From an uncultured Pelagibacteraceae bacterium (GTDB taxonomy: Bacteria; Pseudomonadota; Alphaproteobacteria; Pelagibacterales; AG-422-B15), in NCBI GenBank assembly GCA_902526005.1, contig CABZIW010000005.1, positions 13,255-77,254 of the forward strand: a stretch of 64,000 bases of DNA, in the 5' to 3' direction. Below, in pieces: positions 60,640 through 64,000 of this stretch (position 1 is the first letter of the stretch; each line of letters starts with the position of its first letter). The position numbers were made by a program, and so were the translations under genes. The notes under the pieces are model-generated. The model was not told the origin of the DNA and searched no databases. It saw only the letters and a program-made list of their open reading frames with translations.

Positions 60640-61626
60640 ATGGGTGTGAAATCTCTAAAATTTTATATATATATAGTAATAATGACAAAAAAATTAACAC
60701 CATTTTTGAAACCAAATGAGGTTTTGTCAGAAACTGAAGTTGATTATTTAAAAGAGAAAAGTGATTTTAAAGGCATTGCTCTATTATTTCATGCTTGGTT
60801 CGTAATTGGTTTATCAGTCTTAGTCTACTCATTATTTCCAAATATATTTACTTTTTTAGCAGCAGTTCTTGTGATTGCTGGAAGACAACTTGGGCTAGCA
60901 ATATTAATGCATGAAGGAGCGCATGGATTAATTACTAACAATACAAAGTTAAATAATCATCTATCACAATGGATTTGTGCTTTTCCGGTGTGGTCGGATA
61001 CCTACGGATACAGACATTACCACTTAGCCCATCATAGAAATACTCAACTTGAAGACGACCCAGACTTAAGTTTATCCAAACCATTTCCTGTAGAAAAAAA
61101 GAGCATGTTAAGAAAAGTACTGAGAGATATTTTTGGCGTATCAGGCCTTGTTCAAAGATATGAATTGATTTTTAAAACATTACTTAAAAGTGATACAAAA
61201 AAAAATGACGGAAAGAAAATAAGTGGCTTTGAGTCAAGGAACACACTGTATGGAATATTAATTTCAAATATGATTATATTTTTAATTTTTTGGATTTTGG
61301 GACAATGGTGGTATTTTATAGCATTTTGGCTGTTGCCACTTTTCACATTTTTTCAGCTTTTTTTAAGAATTCGAAATATAGCAGAACATGCTGGTGTAAA
61401 ATCTAAAAATGACTTTAATAATGCACGTACTACGTATGCAAATATTATAGAAAGAGCCTTTGTTGCTCCATATTACGTAAATTACCATCTTGAGCATCAC
61501 TTATTCATGTTTGTTCCATGTTATAAACTTAAGAAAGCTCACGAGATGATACTTAAGAAACATTCTAATGAAGATCTAGAGATTAAAAGTGGGTATGTTT
61601 CTATGCTTCGTTCTGTACTAATTTAA
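60640..61626 (+). CDS. membrane fatty-acid desaturase family protein (di-iron, three His boxes)
   Basis: His boxes HEGAHG, HLAHHR and HLEHH, with TM helices between them. An alternative start at Met-15 (60682, MTKKLTPF...) is equally plausible. Confidence 0.8.
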   Translation: MGVKSLKFYIYIVIMTKKLTPFLKPNEVLSETEVDYLKEKSDFKGIALLFHAWFVIGLSVLVYSLFPNIFTFLAAVLVIAGRQLGLAILMHEGAHGLITNNTKLNNHLSQWICAFPVWSDTYGYRHYHLAHHRNTQLEDDPDLSLSKPFPVEKKSMLRKVLRDIFGVSGLVQRYELIFKTLLKSDTKKNDGKKISGFESRNTLYGILISNMIIFLIFWILGQWWYFIAFWLLPLFTFFQLFLRIRNIAEHAGVKSKNDFNNARTTYANIIERAFVAPYYVNYHLEHHLFMFVPCYKLKKAHEMILKKHSNEDLEIKSGYVSMLRSVLI

Positions 61627-61634
61627 TTACTTAA

Positions 61635-62111
61635 ATGACTGTTGATTTTGAGGAAAATATTCTAAAAAAAGCATTTGGCTCTTTTGCAACAGGAGTTGCA
61701 GTAGCCACCTCACATAAAAGTGGATTTACAATTAATTCATTCGCCTCATTAAGTTTAAAGCCGCCATTGATTATCTTTAATATTTATAAGTCTGAAACTG
61801 ACCATATAGACTTTTTAAAAAATAATTCATTTGTAATTAACTTTCTTTCAAATGAACAAGAAGAAATATCACGTTTATTTGCTACAAAAGATCCTGAAAA
61901 AGTTAGTAAAACAAGCCATACTATATCATCAAGCAATAATATCATTTTGGATAATACTTTAGGCCACATTGAGTTATCGGTTTATCAACAAATTGATATT
62001 GCTGATCATGTTTTAGTAATAGGCAAGGTTGAAGATTTAGAAATTGACGAGAATAAAAATCCACTTATTTATTATAGAAGTAATTACCAAACCCTGAATA
62101 ATGATAATTAA
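61635..62111 (+). CDS. flavin reductase-like (FMN-binding split-barrel) domain protein
   Basis: 158 aa. KKAFGSFATGVAVATS...INSFASLSLKPPLI is the typical start of flavin reductase-like domains. It begins 8 nt after the desaturase stop. Confidence 0.7.
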   Translation: MTVDFEENILKKAFGSFATGVAVATSHKSGFTINSFASLSLKPPLIIFNIYKSETDHIDFLKNNSFVINFLSNEQEEISRLFATKDPEKVSKTSHTISSSNNIILDNTLGHIELSVYQQIDIADHVLVIGKVEDLEIDENKNPLIYYRSNYQTLNNDN

Positions 62112-62277
62112 AAAAAATTTATTAATTCTCATTCCAATGTTCTTCCTATTAGGACTTGCAACGTTTAGTTTATTAGAAAAAGACATTGAGAGTGAAGTTT
62201 TAAATGAAGGCTCAGGGTGTAGTAGTTGCAGCGGCCCGAAAGCGTTTAAAGCAAAAAATAAGTCAAATAAAAATTAA
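62101..62277 (+). CDS. candidate 58-aa membrane-anchored peptide with a CSSC motif (below the track cut-off)
   Basis: ATG at 62101 overlaps the flavin-reductase stop region. MIIKKNLLILIPMFFLLGLATFSLLEKDIESEVLNEGSGCSSCSGPKAFKAKNKSNKN has one TM or signal helix, then GCSSCSG and a basic tail. It could be a chance ORF in AT-rich DNA. Confidence 0.3.
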   Translation: MIIKKNLLILIPMFFLLGLATFSLLEKDIESEVLNEGSGCSSCSGPKAFKAKNKSNKN

Positions 62278-62669
62278 GAGGAAACCTCTCCGAAATCATT
62301 ACTACCTTCTGTTCCTTTTAAGCACATAAAAAAAATAATAGTAATTATTCCAATAAAAGGAACCAGTACAATTAAGAGCCACCAACCTGAACGATTTACA
62401 TCATGCAGTCTTCTTACGTATAGTGCAAAACTTGGAACTATAAAAAGAAAATATAAAAAAATATACATAGGTCCAAGCATTATTGAATCTGTTGAATTAG
62501 CTAATTCAATACCGACTAGTTGTAATTGAAAAAACATATCAAGCTGCAAGCCAACAAAACCAACAGCTGTTGTGAACAAGTAAAAGTACCAAAACTCCGC
62601 CCTGTTGGCTCTGGTCTTAAAATCAAAACATTTCACGAAAGCATTGTTTATTGATTTGAAAAAACTCAT
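62274..62669 (-). CDS. DUF805-family inner-membrane protein
   Basis: 131 aa with RANRAEFWYFYLF and RRLHDVNRSGWWLL motifs, typical of DUF805 (YhaH/YhaI-like). Confidence 0.75.
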   Translation of the reverse strand: MSFFKSINNAFVKCFDFKTRANRAEFWYFYLFTTAVGFVGLQLDMFFQLQLVGIELANSTDSIMLGPMYIFLYFLFIVPSFALYVRRLHDVNRSGWWLLIVLVPFIGIITIIFFMCLKGTEGSNDFGEVSS

Positions 62670-62729
62670 AATGTATTAAACAATTTAATTATTTAACTAA
62701 TTATAACAAAAATAGATATAATCATTCAA

Positions 62730-64000
62730 ATGTCAAAAAAACTTAGAATAGGTGGGGCAAGTGGATTTTGGGGCGATTCCGTTATTGCAACACCTCAATT
62801 ATTGAATGGAAACAATCTAGATTTTATTGTTTATGATTATTTGGCAGAAATCACGATGTCAATTATGGCAAGGGCTCGAGCAAAAGATGCCACAAAAGGC
62901 TATGCAGTAGACTTTGTATCAAGTGTATTAAAGTTAAATTTGCGACAAATAGCAGATCAAAAAGTAAAAATTCTCAGCAATGCTGGAGGCGTTAACCCAG
63001 AGGCATGTGCTGAGGCCATCAGAGAATTAATTAAAGAACTTAAATTGGATTTAAAAGTGTCAGTTGTATTAGGCGATGATTTAATGAGGGAAAAGAATAA
63101 ATTTTCAGAGCTGAATACAAAGGAAATGTATTCAAATGAAGATTTTCCTGCTGAGGACAAAATAGCCAGCATTAATGCATATCTTGGTGCATTTCCTATA
63201 GCTGAAGCTCTTAAAAGTGGCGCTGATATAGTTATTACTGGGAGAAGTGTTGATAGCGCAGTTACATTAGGCGCATGTATTTATGCGTTCGGATGGAATG
63301 AAAAAGAATATGACAAACTTGCTGCAGGTAGTTTAGCTGGTCACATTATTGAATGTGGAACACAAAGTACTGGAGGTAATTTCACTGATTGGGAATTAGT
63401 ATCAAAAGATCTGCATCAAATAGGCTATCCCATTGTGGAAGTTTTCGAAGATGGCAGTTTCGATTGTACTAAGTCAAAAAATTCAACCGGCATGGTAAGT
63501 TTTGGAACTGTCGCTGAACAGATGCTGTATGAGATAGGTGATCCTCAAGCATATATACTACCTGATGTTATATGTGATTTTTCAAATGTAAAAATTGAAG
63601 AAACCGAAAAAGATAAAGTTAAAATTTCTGGAGCAAAAGGTTATCCAGCTCCTAACCAGTATAAAGTTTGTGCAACTTATGCTGATGGTTTCAGGGCAGG
63701 TCATGTCTGTTCATTTGTCGGTATAGATGCTGCAAAAAAAGCTCGTGCATATGGAGAAGCAATATTTGAGAGATCAAAGATGATAATGCGCATGATGAAT
63801 ATTGCTGACTTTGATGAAACGAGTATTGAAATTATTGGGGATAACAGTCAATACAGCAAGCAATCATCTAATGAAAATAATCGCGAAGTAGTTCTTAAAT
63901 TTGCAGCTAAACACCAAGATATTAGAGCGGTAGGTATTATGCTCAAAGAGTCTGTTGGCTTAGGCCTTGCAACTCCTCCAGGATTATCTGGTTTTGTTGG
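62730..64000 (+). CDS. DUF1446 / AtuA-like protein, truncated by the window end
   Basis: Absent from the track because there is no stop. MSKKLRIGGASGFWGDSVIATPQLL...ITGRSVDSAVTLG...GHIIECGTQSTGGNF stays open to position 64000. The opening RIGGASGFWGD is characteristic of the AtuA/DUF1446 family. Confidence 0.75.
   Translation, partial: MSKKLRIGGASGFWGDSVIATPQLLNGNNLDFIVYDYLAEITMSIMARARAKDATKGYAVDFVSSVLKLNLRQIADQKVKILSNAGGVNPEACAEAIRELIKELKLDLKVSVVLGDDLMREKNKFSELNTKEMYSNEDFPAEDKIASINAYLGAFPIAEALKSGADIVITGRSVDSAVTLGACIYAFGWNEKEYDKLAAGSLAGHIIECGTQSTGGNFTDWELVSKDLHQIGYPIVEVFEDGSFDCTKSKNSTGMVSFGTVAEQMLYEIGDPQAYILPDVICDFSNVKIEETEKDKVKISGAKGYPAPNQYKVCATYADGFRAGHVCSFVGIDAAKKARAYGEAIFERSKMIMRMMNIADFDETSIEIIGDNSQYSKQSSNENNREVVLKFAAKHQDIRAVGIMLKESVGLGLATPPGLSGFV

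Noticed and set aside
1-64000. CRISPR arrays, transposons or IS elements, prophage, restriction-modification, toxin-antitoxin or other defence systems.
   Set aside because: I found no periodic repeat-spacer pattern and no transposase, integrase, nuclease or methylase pair. I also found no small two-gene addiction-like cassette with recognisable folds. The only adjacent small-gene pair (54460..54881) is a DUF1192-like coiled coil plus a membrane peptide, which does not resemble known TA families.

Overview
The window is strongly AT-rich and extremely gene-dense. Most junctions are under 50 nt, and many genes overlap by 1-26 nt. Gene content and synteny are alphaproteobacterial housekeeping: rpsF-rpsR-rplI-dnaB-alr, fabD-fabG-acpP-fabF, lptF-lptG-lptD-surA-rsmA divergent from pepA, purMN divergent from a DUF2066-like/CDP-alcohol transferase/hdaA set, aroQ-accB-accC, NDUFA12-like plus DUF2155-like, and tyrS divergent from anmK. 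My best guess is a streamlined marine alphaproteobacterium of the SAR11/Pelagibacterales type. That is an inference from composition, compaction and gene content, not a search result. I call about 72 protein-coding genes (two truncated by the window edges), one tRNA-Lys(UUU), one convincing intrinsic terminator, a tandem NrdR-box-like site upstream of nrdJ, and the classical +1 programmed frameshift in prfB. The ORF track misses that frameshift. I see no transposase, integrase, phage genes, CRISPR array, toxin-antitoxin pair or recognisable defence system. Only about 48.9-62.7 kb looks accessory, with small unassigned proteins, redox and lipid-modifying enzymes, and the single large non-coding gap. 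I cannot defend a clear-cut novel system. The best candidates for follow-up are: (1) a tightly packed five-gene cassette of ~100-125 aa proteins with unusually strong Shine-Dalgarno sites, divergent from an HSDL2-like SDR; (2) a 613-bp gap holding three terminator-like hairpins and an unannotated 57-aa zinc-ribbon ORF; (3) a nine-gene cysE-rrf2-sufBCDSU-msrB-sufT string with a membrane-anchored MsrB inside it; (4) a desaturase / flavin-reductase / mini CxxC-peptide trio. All family assignments come from motif recognition by eye. No similarity search or folding calculation was possible.
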